From Cystobasidiomycetes sp. EMM_F5 (Eukaryota): a stretch of 64,000 bases of DNA. Each line of letters begins with the position of its first letter. Positions within the stretch are counted from its first letter, which is position 1. The stretch lies in NCBI GenBank assembly GCA_051047955.1, contig JBPGPT010000008.1:1-64000 (forward strand), in the 5' to 3' direction. Shown one piece after another: positions 12,560-24,025 of the stretch. The notes below the pieces were generated by a model, which made no database searches, was not told where the DNA came from, and was given only the letters and a program-made list of their open reading frames with translations. The position numbers were made by a program, and so were the translations under genes.

Positions 12560-15500
12560 ATGCGGTTCTCCAACGTGTCTCCGTTCAAAAATGTGCAGCT
12601 AATCCCGGCAAAGGTGGAGAGCGTGGTTTACAAGTGCATCAGTTATACACTAAATCACAAATATATATGCCCACAGAAGGAGAACTGGTGGTCAGAGCTG
12701 CCCCTCAGTTCTGGCGGGGTTCCCGACAGCAGTGACGGCATACGTGCAACCGACACTTGCGCGATAGTCAGAGGAAGCAGCGCAGGTTTGCAAACGCCAT
12801 CATATATCTCGTCGCATCACACTTACAGCACTTCCCCTCCAGGCTCGCTGCTGTTTCTGCCGTACGAAAAGACCGGAAAGTACGGCCAAAAGGCACCGAC
12901 ATGGCACGCCTCAGCCAAGGCGATAACAGACTTTGACACGAGCTTCACCCAACCACTCATCGCGGTCGCCAGCGATGACGGTCGAATCAACGTTGCAAAG
13001 CTCCCTACAGATGTTTCGGCAGAACAACCGTCACTCCAGCTCGATGCGACAATATCGGTTTCAGCACCTGCGCAGAAAGCTGTAGAAGTAGTACAGTTTC
13101 ATCCTATGGCATCCGGACTGCTTCTGTCGAGCCAGGGTCCGAGTATACAAATCTGGGATATCAGTCACGGCGGAAATCAAGCAGTACTGTCCGCCAAAGG
13201 GAGCGAGAAAGGACATTGGCATGCATCGTGGAGTCATGACGGTCGAATAGTGCAGACTGCGGCAAAGGACAATACACTCAATCTGTGGGATATTCGTACT
13301 GCTACGGGAAAGCCAGTAGCAGTGAGCATGTAAGACACACTATCCCTTAGTCAGATGCTGATGTCAACTATCTACAGGCGACGAACGGTCACCAGGGATT
13401 CAACAAAGCGAGTCGAGCCACGTCTGTGAACGACTTGCTCTTTACTACAGGATTTACAAAGGTGAATGAATACGCACTTTCTAGGCGCCAGGGGCCAGTC
13501 TGACGACAGCCATTCGACTGCAGACCCGAGACCGGGAATGCTCGCTATGGGATCCTCGCAACTTCCAGAAGCCACTCTCATCGAATCGGATCGATACCAA
13601 TACCGGAGTCTTGGTACCGATAGTCGACCACGCTCGCAAGCTGGTATATCTAGCAGGTCGCGTCAGTCGGTACTCTTGCACAGCACGGGCTGAATGCGCT
13701 GAGAGTGTACTTTTGCAGTCCGATATCACCCTGCGTTGGGCAGAGATTGGCAATGACAGTTCGCTAACGATGGGTGGGACTGCTCTTCCTTCCGCTTCTC
13801 AAGGTGCAGCAATGGTCCCATCCACATCATCCACGCTCAATGTCATGCAAGCGGAAGTTGGTAAGCTGGTGGTACTGGCAAGTGATGCGGTATACTCTGC
13901 GACGCTACAAATACCGAGGAGAACATACCTCGATTTCTATCCGGAGTTGTATCCTGATATCCCGGCTTACCAATCTCCAAGCCAAGAAGGCGACAAATGG
14001 CTGCAAGGACAGGATACCTCAATGATAATGGTGACTGCAAAACCCAATGCGGCTTGGGGGATCACGTCAGCGATTCCTGCTTCCTCGACACCTGCGAAAT
14101 CGGCAATGACTGAAAAGTCTGCAGCATCGCAAGTTAGCGCAGCCCCATCAATGCCTAAAGAGGCTAGACAACACGTGGTTCCAACATCCGCAAAGCAAGC
14201 ACCACTTGCTGCCCCTGTATCGAGCAGTACGGTCCCCATAGCTTCTAACAACGATAGTGCTCCGATCAAGGAGATGGCAGCAGCAAGTCTTTCCTCTATC
14301 AATCCACCTGTGAAAACTGCAATCGACATCAAGGCGCCGCAAGCCGCTGCCTCCGTCACAGCCAAACCGCTGCCTCCTGTCTCCGCTGCCTCTGCTACTT
14401 CTGCCACGTCAGCAGAGCAATCTGGAGTCTCTCCTGCTACAGAGTCACAGCCTAACCACTCTGCGCCAGGACCGGCCATCACGAAGAGCATTCCGGCTAC
14501 ACACTGGTCTCGTTCATTCCTCGCTGGAAAGACGGCGCTCAAGCCGGATTACGACGATGTACACGGCATCGCTGCCACAATGGGCGCAACCACACAAATG
14601 CTGCAGGCAAATACCAAATACTTGTTTTACCCGCTTAATGGACCTGGAGGTCGTATTGCTGTTCATCCCGTTTCCGCAAAAGGCCGTATGCCAACGCAAG
14701 CTCCTACTTTGACGTGCGGGAGTGACGTTATTGACTTCGTGACGGACCCTTTCAATTCCGGCCGCCTTTATATTGCGGCTTCAGACGCGAAGATTCACGT
14801 TATGCGATGTCCGAAAACACCGCAAGGTGATCATGGAGAAGCAGAGATTGTGCTGGCCGATAGCATGGACAAGATTGCTGAGATTCGACCAAACCCAGTA
14901 GTAGCTGACGTACTCGCTTCTGTTTCCGACGATCACGGCGAGGGTGTCCTGCGCATCTGGAATACTCGTGATGGGGTTGTGCTGCACAAACAGACCGTTC
15001 CTGGTAATGGGGTGAGTATGGATAGAGTCTGATCGCTAGTGCGCTGACGTCTGGATCAAAGATCTTTTCGTTGGCATGGGATGCTATAGGCTCGAAAGTG
15101 GCTGTGACTTGCAAAGATCGCAAGCTCAGAGTACTTGATCCGCGTCAGACCGGGAGCAAAGATCTGCGCGCGGGTGCCTCACACGACTCTGCTCGACCAT
15201 GCAAAGTTCTGTGGCTATCGCCAATCCATCTCCTGACTTGCGGCTTTTCACGCTCTGCATACAGAGAGATCCTGCTTCACCGCGTGTCTGATAACGGTAC
15301 AGAGATTGTCGGCCGTACAAACATCGACATATCTCCTGCGCCCTTGTTCCCGCACTATGATGCAGATACCAAGATACTATTTGTGTACAGCAAAGGAGAG
15401 CGGACGTGTCACGCATACGAGGTACAAGCAGAAGCTACGGACAAAACCAAAATGTTCACGAAGTTACCGTCATTCGAGCATGGAACGCTTCAAACGGCTC

Positions 15501-15934
15501 TAACCTTCTTGCCGAAACAAGCCGTCGACGTGAAGAAGGTCGAGATCGCAAAAGCGTTCCGACTGACTCCGTCCAGCATACAGCTTATCAGCTTTACGAT
15601 ACCGAGAGCAAAGATGGATTTCTTCCAAGATGACATATTCCCACCGACGATAGATCAAATGCAAGCCGTGCTATCAATGGACGACTGGCAGTCTGGCGCG
15701 GACGCCACTCTACGATATATAGATCTAAGACCTGGCAGCATGCCATTGCTGTCCGAAGCGCCACCTCCAGCTCCGCGGATCAAGCAGCAAGTGGCAGCGA
15801 AGAAGCTGACCGAGGAGCAGCAGCAGCAGCAATATCTAGACGACCTCTTCAAAAGCAAACAAGCAGAGGTCGATTCCGACGAGGATGACCTGAGAGTCAA
15901 GAAACGCGATAACATCGATGAAGATGATTGGTAA
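12560..15934 (+). CDS. CORO7: Tandem coronin (coronin-7/POD-1 type)
   Basis: MRFSNVSPFKN start; two WD40 coronin modules with IPRRTYLDFYPELYPD and IPRAKMDFFQDDIFP; Pro/Ala/Ser linker; acidic C-terminus DEDDW. Confidence 0.9.
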
Positions 15935-16151
15935 CGCATGAGCTGCGAAGGATGTAACAATATGCGGTCAGGAAACATTGTATTATGATGACATGTGGAA
16001 TATTAACAACGAGAAACTGATCGACTTCGCTTATGAATGCTGCACGGCTAGCGCTACATTGTCATGACATCGCTACAAACCACAGACCGTGTGCTACTGA
16101 GGGGTAAGGTTATCAGCATACTGATAAACCCAGGGATACTGTAGGCGTAGA

Positions 16152-18293
16152 TTAAGAGAAGAACAGAGCGACGCTAACAATAGCTGCAGCTATGAAGATG
16201 CCGTGGCAGCGAATTAGACATCCAGTGGTATTATCTCCTGCAGCAGCATTATTCCACGAGCAGAAAGCACGTATTGACGATGGCAATGTTACCCCAGAAG
16301 TAGCTCGGCCATCATTGGGATCACCGGGCACCTGTTGAGTCTGAACTCTATCTCGAGACGAGGCGTACCGGTGAAAAGCAGCCGAGATGAAGCCAGAGAT
16401 AGTGCTCCTCAGCGTTACAAAACTCGCGCTGAGATTGAGTCCGGCGAGGCGTACGAGAGAGGGAATGTGTAAAGGATCGAAACAGGCACCCGACAGGCTC
16501 CGCTGAGGCCGGCTTTGCCAGCTGTGCCAGCTTTGTGCGAGGGATGGCGGTGGTCCCGATTCTGACTCGTCCTGCGAGAGCGCAGACGACGACCCAATAG
16601 AAGCCGAAGGGGCTGGCAAACTCGCAATTGCAGAAGTCGATAGACTGCCTAAAATTGCGCTGGATGATTGCATACTCGATGTGCTTTGTGGCTGCGCCGC
16701 CGATAGATCCGCTCCGCTGAACGTGTGCTTTACCGACTTCGCTTGATCAGCTTGTGCTACCCAATCTTTGTATTTGCCGTCCAGCATGCCAGCAATATCT
16801 GTACCTGCCAAAATTGTGCGCAATCTGGATGTAGCGAGACATCGAGAAAAGGAGAGAATCTTGGCTTGCTCGCTTAATGAAATCAAAGTGCCTTTGTCAG
16901 AGATGCCAAGAGCTGTACGGACCGGACCTTCCAGTATTTGGTCTAACGGATCGAAGTGTGCTGAAACGGTAATCGGAACGAACAATGTTGTATTGCATAA
17001 TTCTCGCAAGCAGTTGCGGTTCGACGATATGATATGAGTAAGCTGGTCCTTACTGACCGGCAAAAGCCAGAAGCATACGTGTACGGCATTAACGTGCGAG
17101 AGCAGCGTTTTCAGAACTGCCTGGTAAGCCGCGCTCGAGTGCCCGGCGCTGGGTTGCAGCATACTTTGCAGCGCCACGAACGGCTCTTGGCATGTTTCGG
17201 CAGCTGAAGCTAAAGAGGAGGCGATTTCAATAGACTCGGGTGGATTGCCTTCGCCTTCGGATTCCGCATCACTGACAAAGTCACCAGAAGACAGGTACAA
17301 GTCTTGAAAGGAGGCTGTAGAAGAGGCTAGACTCGCTGTCGTCAGGTGTGATTGTGTTTTGTTGTCGTCCTGACCACGGCGCGGGGAGACGTAGTTTGTG
17401 ATATGATCGGATAATGCTGCAGAGAGCTGTCTTTGTTGCCGCTCTGTACAAAAAAAAACCAAGATATCAGCATAGTACGATACTGACCTGCCTCGCCGAC
17501 GATACTTACGCGTGCCTCCGACTATAAGGACTCGCTTCCTGTTCGTGTCTTGCACCGTTCGAGCATTTGCATGACGATGCCCTACAGCCTCAGGCCGTAG
17601 TTTGGGCATCACGAGTCCCTTGTTGGTATTGTATACCCTTGAAGACGCTCGTTCAGCACTGCTAGCATAGCCCGTCTCGCTGTGCCCATCCCATGCGCTA
17701 TCTGACACCTCGTCACCGGTGGCGCTCAGGCCTGGCTCAGACAGCGTATCGGTCGGGAAGCTGGCGATAGAGTCACACGAAGGCGAGCGGACATCTGGCG
17801 ATGATAGCGTCGAAGCCAGATATACTGCAAGGGTGTGAGGTATATCGCGTTCTTCACTTGCTGCCGGCTCACGTGCTGGAGCAGCAGGCACGGCCAGAGC
17901 AGCGGTGAATGACTGCAGAGCGGCGGTATGCAGTCCAGGCGTAGTGCTCAAGTCGTCGCTGTAATCCAGCATCTGTGATGCGGTAGCTGTGTCGAGAGTC
18001 CTTTGGCCTAAGCCGAGCGCTGTCCCGGACCCGTCTGATCTATCATCCTCGCTGCTTTGACTGAACGACCCAATAAGCGCTGCCTGCTCGAAATCCGATA
18101 TGTATTGATCTCTCGTGTCTTCCACCTGATCCGTTGTGAGTACTCTCCGTCCCGTCCCAGCAAAGATAGTGGTGTTTGGCATTGACGGTCTCAGCGGCCG
18201 CTGCATGAGCGTTGCGTCTCCATCGTCGCCGACAGTATCAGATAGCGGTACGGTATTTGACCGCCTTGGACCTGCTGACGGGACTCGCTGCAT
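16152..18293 (-). CDS. Uncharacterised fungal protein with degenerate septin-like region and C-terminal TM helix
   Basis: 713-aa ORF containing one in-frame intron (~17445-17509); GLVMP, KRVLIVGG, VHVCFWLL, LRELCNTTLFVPI, FDPLHIPSL; ends IAAAIVSVALFFS. Confidence 0.7.
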   Translation of the reverse strand: MQRVPSAGPRRSNTVPLSDTVGDDGDATLMQRPLRPSMPNTTIFAGTGRRVLTTDQVEDTRDQYISDFEQAALIGSFSQSSEDDRSDGSGTALGLGQRTLDTATASQMLDYSDDLSTTPGLHTAALQSFTAALAVPAAPAREPAASEERDIPHTLAVYLASTLSSPDVRSPSCDSIASFPTDTLSEPGLSATGDEVSDSAWDGHSETGYASSAERASSRVYNTNKGLVMPKLRPEAVGHRHANARTVQDTNRKRVLIVGGTRKYRRRGRSVSYYADILVFFCTERQQRQLSAALSDHITNYVSPRRGQDDNKTQSHLTTASLASSTASFQDLYLSSGDFVSDAESEGEGNPPESIEIASSLASAAETCQEPFVALQSMLQPSAGHSSAAYQAVLKTLLSHVNAVHVCFWLLPVSKDQLTHIISSNRNCLRELCNTTLFVPITVSAHFDPLDQILEGPVRTALGISDKGTLISLSEQAKILSFSRCLATSRLRTILAGTDIAGMLDGKYKDWVAQADQAKSVKHTFSGADLSAAQPQSTSSMQSSSAILGSLSTSAIASLPAPSASIGSSSALSQDESESGPPPSLAQSWHSWQSRPQRSLSGACFDPLHIPSLVRLAGLNLSASFVTLRSTISGFISAAFHRYASSRDRVQTQQVPGDPNDGRATSGVTLPSSIRAFCSWNNAAAGDNTTGCLIRCHGIFIAAAIVSVALFFS

Positions 18294-18410
18294 CGTCGGC
18301 TGGGCGTGTTGAGGTGAGGACTACCTAACGCGTCGGCTTTAGTGGCAAGTGATAATTCACCAGCTAAGCCGACCACCAGAATGGCAGTCTTTCCTACTCG
18401 CCAAGAGTGG

Positions 18411-19880
18411 TTATGTACCAAATCTCAAAACCTGGAGTCCTTTCGAAGATGCAGCGCCCTTCCACCATTCGCTCGCAGCCAATTCCTTGCGGTTTTCCGT
18501 TTTAAGAGCATGAACTCTTAGGATGGTATGATGAGCGCACGATACATCGATATCGCCCGAATGCCTATCGAAGACCGCATCTCCTGGCTGAGAGGAGTGT
18601 CCGCTGTGCTGCTCAAGCGTGGCGGGATCTGCGGAGAGTATCTGAACGCGTCTACCGTTATGAGTAGTCCATAGCGGAAACTTGGATGCGGGAAGTCAAC
18701 GCTACACTCGACCCACAGAAGAACGTTCTCCCTCACCTGATGCGCGAATGCCCTATGCAGTCTATGTATGTGAGTGGCTGTATGGCTACTCCAAGGTATC
18801 TGCACGTCGTCGCTCGAGACTTTTCTGGCCAAAGTTGCGGCTTTGACATCTTGAGGCATCGCATTTGCCTTTTTAAGCGTTAGTCGCGCACATATCTCTC
18901 ATAAAAGTATTGCACACCTGGGCCGTCGGTAGACCTTGCAGGGTCTTGACGAGCAAGTCTGCACCTGCACGGGCAAGTTTATCTTCTAAATCATGATACG
19001 CATAGACCCGGTCGGAAGGTAACGTCTATTCTAAGCAAGTCAGTCGGTCGTTGAGGCCGTTGATCCCGCTTGACGAAGTCGACCTACTATAGACCGCTGA
19101 GCCAGAATCTTCCCCTCGTCAAATTTCCCTCGACTTAGGCTTTGTATGGTAACACCAGTTTCAGAGTCTCCATTTGCGATACAATGTTGTATGGGCGCCG
19201 CTCCACGATATTTTGGCAACAGCGAAGGATGAACATTGAGCGAGTTCATTTCTGGAAAATCATCCAGTATGTGATTGGGTACTAGATAGCCGAAAGAGGC
19301 AGCGATGAAGATGTTGGCGTTATCGTAGCTGTCGAATGGCTCCGGCAGCTACTCAGATAGAAATTAGTACAATCGAGGCATCTCTCAAGTATTATTGGCT
19401 GACCTTCCAAGCGGAGATGCCTTGCAGGGGCAACACATGTACAGGCAGAGATAAGTCTTCGGCCAAGGAACGTATCGCGGCTGAGAATCTGCGTTGTTCA
19501 CTGTGATCCGATATATTCATAACTGAATCCCCACTCACGCCGGTGGACCTTCTTCAAACCCCTTGAAGTTCGCTTGTCCGGCGGCACTGCCACATGAAGT
19601 TCACATATTAAGTCTGGAAGAAATAGTCAATCAATCTGAGGAAAGTGGGAGAGCCAATCTTCCTTGACATACTGCTGTTCTCCGTTTTGGCATCAGCCAG
19701 CGCTTTTAGTATGGTACATGAGAATCGCTCGGAGCCTGCAAACAGAACACGGTACGGAGGTTTTGGAGAGAGAGAGCGGCTGGCGTTGAGACTTGTTAAT
19801 CGCCTGGATGTCACGCTGACAGGCCAGTTGTAACACAACGCCTTGACGAAAGGCGGACGGCAGACTCCGCGAGCAATCAT
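18411..19880 (-). CDS. FMT1: Mitochondrial methionyl-tRNA formyltransferase
   Basis: RVLFAGSERFS, AASFGYLVP, LNVHPSLLPKYRGAAPIQH, ETGVTIQSL..KFDEGKIL; start could instead be ATG 19964. Confidence 0.93.
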
Positions 19881-20127
19881 CAAAGCATCTGCGAGTGCGA
19901 CAGCCGGAGTAATTTGTACAGCCTTATACCGAGCTGCATGTTTCAGGACAAGACTGCAGAGCATATTGTGTCGACGTCAAGAAAACTGCGGCGCAACCTG
20001 AAATTACAAAAAATATGCAATCACGTGCAGGAGAAGAGCGCGTAAAGAGCGTGAAGGCTAAGCGGAGATACAGGCCGCTCTCATCCAATTATCAAGCATA
20101 TGTACTGGCACAAGTACGTGCACAGTC

Positions 20128-20976
20128 TCATGGCACTGCCCACTTTGATTTCCCTCTTCTCGCAATCGTGGCATACTCTGCACGAAGGGGTCTGGCTCGA
20201 ACATGCCGTTCCGCGATTTGAGCACTCGCTCCATCCTCCCGCTCCTCCGCGTCGTATCTTGACTCTGCTGTAAATCCGCTCTCCCTTCTACTGTGGCGGT
20301 CTACATCCTCCCAAATCTTGATCCGTCGTTGCTCATTTACAGGGCGATAAGGTCTCACTTCACCCCACTCTGCAGCTTCCTCGAGCACCTTGACTTGCGC
20401 CTCCTCTTCCTTCTCGTCGTCAGACCGCCATCTGCTCTTGAGTATTCGCCGGATAGCTTCAGGTGACACGCGGAATTGTGCAGCTAGGTTTGGAGTATCA
20501 TTTTTAATACTATCACTGGCATACAGGCTGCGTATTGTGTTCATTTGCATACGCGATATCTTGCGAGGTGGATTCCAGCCGTCAGGAAAGGTTTCTCTCA
20601 TAGCAGCGCGATGCTTTCGCCAGATAGGCATATCTGAGTCCTCGTCATTGCGCATCCTATCGCTCGAGCGGCCGGGTCTGCTTATTCCAATACTGTGCGT
20701 ACATGGATCAGCGAAAACTATCAGCCTGATATACCTCACTGCTTACTTGAAATGTTCGGCCTGTGTCTTGGTAGCATTTGACCGAAAATCCGGTTTGTCC
20801 CCGCTGGGCTGAAATTCATCGCGTGTCGACTTCCAAAAGCCTTCTGATTCTACTTCTTTGGCCTTGTAGTGTCTCTGCCGTCTGCCTATCATTCGCTCCA
20901 GCAACCTTTGACTGACATGGCATATACATGGAAGTCTCGATGTCGAAGCAGCAACGCCATTCACGCGCTGTAGCAT
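20128..20976 (-). CDS. RRG9: Required for respiratory growth protein 9 / neugrin
   Basis: WRKHRAAMRETFPDGWNPPRKISR...LAAQFRVSPEAIRRILKSRW. Confidence 0.92.
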
Positions 20977-21122
20977 GACGTTTAAAAGCGAGTTTATAGT
21001 AGGGAATGTAAGGTATACGTGCTGGGAGAGGGCAGGAAATGAGTGATGGTGCACTGCAGCTTTCTGGCTCGTATGCTGCTTGTCCCAACTCCGCTCGAAA
21101 CGTTGCTAGAGCCGTGCTCACA

Positions 21123-22054
21123 ATGGCAGACGTGTCGGATCCAAAGATTCAGGAAGGTGTGCTCTGGCGTAGCTGCTGCCGCTTTATGGACTTGCCAGGC
21201 TGAAAAGGTCGCCAATTGCAGCGTATGATGTTGTTCGAAACGACAAGCAGGATGGAACGGTGAGCGGCAGTACAGCCGGAATTGCTGGGACAGCTTTATT
21301 GAAGTGTTTCCCTCTGCAGTGGATGTTGCTGCAGTATGCAGAAGGCAAGAAAGACGTCCTAGAAGTCGCGGCCCAAGGCTCTGGTACGGCCAAAAACTAG
21401 CGAAACGATATCAACCCGTACTGACAAAGTCGCTGCAATACAGGCAATGCTATTGAGGAGCTTAAACCCCTTCTCAGAGAAGACCAAGTCATGTTTGCGT
21501 ATGCAAAGATCACATACGCCAACGATGTCGAATCGACTCGCTCAAAGGTCCGTAGCCATGCTTTCGGCTCCGCTAGTGTAAGCTGGCTGACTGTATTCAC
21601 GCAGTTTGTTCTTATCATATACATGTACGCTTTTGAGAGCTGTCCACTCACCCAGGCTGATCTTCCGTGGCTGACCATATCATGTGTTTCTAGCGGTAAA
21701 GACGTCAAAGTCATGCGCCGAGCCAAGGTCTCCGTTCAAAAAGGAGATGTTTGCAAGGTTCTGAGGTACGCACGTCGTATTGGTAGGAATTATTCGGAGG
21801 CTGACATGCACTATGTCTTTGACCATGAAGGATATTTTCGATAGAGGTGAGCGAGCTTCGATGGATGATTCGCAGATCTGGTCGCCGACTCAGTTGTACC
21901 CAGGTTCCCATAGATTCGGCAGACCAATTACACGAAGACACGATCGTGTCTAGATTGAGGGCGGTAAGTCCTGTTCTGCCGATTTGTGCATTCCGCATGC
22001 GGTCACTGACATGTATTGTAGGCTGGAGGAGCTAATTACGGCCCAGGAAAATGA
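21123..22054 (+). CDS. Coactosin-like ADF-H domain actin-binding protein (9 exons)
   Basis: Spliced MADVSDPKIQEAYDVVRND...WMLLQY...YANDVESTRSKFVLI...VKVMRRAKVS...LRAAGGANYGPGK. Confidence 0.9.
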
Positions 22055-22171
22055 CTTTGAAGCATGTTTTGGTGTTGTCTTGCGAGTGCACATGAAAGAT
22101 GAACTGATGCCTAGACAAGCGAATGCACAACAACAGGCGCCGAATACGCTGTGACCTAAAATACAACTCCC

Positions 22172-23539
22172 TCATATACTGCTACACTGAGGCCCTCGGG
22201 CGACAAGCGGAAGCGGTGGAAACTTGTGCAACGCTGAGTTATAGGTGTCGATATGCAGAGAGAAGGCGCGTCGTTTTTCCCCTTCCATCTTCAGATTGAA
22301 CAGCGCTCGAGAGGCTATCATCGCTGCTAGTGCCACAGCCATGGGCATGAGCTCTGCTGGATTGGAACGATTGAGGTAGATATTGATAGTGGCTGCCCGC
22401 ACGTAGAATGCCATCAGCATTTGTTGGCCGAGATTCCGACAAAGAAGGTCTCTCACTTGCGATCTTGACTGCTACGTTGATCGTGAAGTGTATCGTCGCA
22501 TCTCGCAGGATTCTGATGGCGCCATTTCAGCAGGAAACAACTCTACTGACTGGTGACACGCTCTTACACTCTGAGAAACGGCATAGTGATCAAGTCGCGA
22601 CCGAACGCGAGCATCCTTACGCCGATGAGGATGGCAGATACGCCGTCTAATGTGCATAGACAGATCCATGGGACGCTGAAGAACCTCCACACCTTGAAAG
22701 CTACAATGGTGGTCAGCCGGATAACCGAAGGTCGCGTCAATCGTACCAGACCCACATGGCAAATCAACGCAACCTGGCAGACCAAATATTGTGAAGGAGA
22801 GAGGTATGCCGGACGACATGCACCATATCGCAGTTGCGAACGCTCTGTGCAGGTGACAAGATCAGGAGAGCCGTATTAGATAGCTGTCCATCGACTCACG
22901 AGGCCAGCAACGAGCCAAGTAGCACTAGTATCCAGATTCGTCGTTCGTACAAAGCGTACACCCGTAGAATAAGCAGGCATTCACCGGCGACAAGCTGCCC
23001 GAAATTTGCGGTCAGCTCGAGCATATCTGCCGAGCTGATCATTGTCGACCCACGGAAGGTATGACAAAGACGGTCGGTAAGAAGTGAACCTGGTTGATTG
23101 ATCATGTCTGTTATTAGAGCTGGCTCTCTTTAAGTACGGGGTTGCTACTGTACCTTATTGCAGTGCAATTGGTCGATATACGTAAACATGGTTACCTATC
23201 GCGAGAAGCAGGCAATCAGTCATGCCTCTGATGTCGTCTTAGATCACACTCACCATGTACAAGATCATCGACACCAGCGCGCCCCATCGCGTGAATGCAT
23301 ACAGAATCCTGACGAGGATCCCCGCTGCCCCGGAACGCCAGATGTAGCGATATTCGTAACGGAGAGTAGTCATAATTTCGTATACGAGGACCGATGTGCT
23401 GCAAGCCATCAGTGTCCGGGCACGATAGAGCTGCCAACCAGGGTGGAACATGTCTCGTCAGCCACATTCATAGCTTTCGGCCTGCATCGCATCGAGCCAC
23501 GGCCCAAACACTGACTGCCTGGTCGATTTTGTCAGCCAT
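22172..23539 (-). CDS. Multi-pass membrane protein of the basidiomycete DUF6533 type
   Basis: VLVYEIMTTLRYEYRYIW...LYAFTRW, LILRVYALY, ILRDATIHF, MIASRALFNL; about 7 hydrophobic segments. Confidence 0.8.
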
Positions 23540-24025
23540 GGGACTGTCAGAACTGCGTCAGACCAATCCATGGACCAGGATCCTGCAGGTCAGCGCGAAG
23601 TCATGGTTTCAGCTCAGAAAGATCCGATTCCGAGCCATCAGCCATTTGTCGCAGTTGCCTTCGCAGCTCAAAATTCTGCTCCGCTTCCCATGTTAATGTC
23701 AGCTTCGGCCGAGAAGCGGGACCCACAGGCTGCGAGCGCAGCGTCAAACGCGCCGGTCGGGTGGAGGCAACGCGACGTTTTACAATGGTTTTGCTCTGCC
23801 GAAATCTGTTTCTGGCCGGAAATACGGCAAAGATAGAGCTATAACAGTGCACTTGCCTTGTGAGACATTGCTGCGGGGCTTGTGATGACAACATCTTCGC
23901 AGACTGACGGCACTTTGTTCGGTCTCTCTTATACTGATATTACTGCTGGTTCGCGATCTGTCTTCCTCGCGACGGCCGTCTTGGATGCGGAGACTTTGGC
24001 CAGCGGGGACTGGTGATTACGGCAC

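Noticed and set aside
13967..14542. 191-aa minus-strand ORF
   Set aside because: Antisense to the Ala/Ser/Pro-rich coronin linker.
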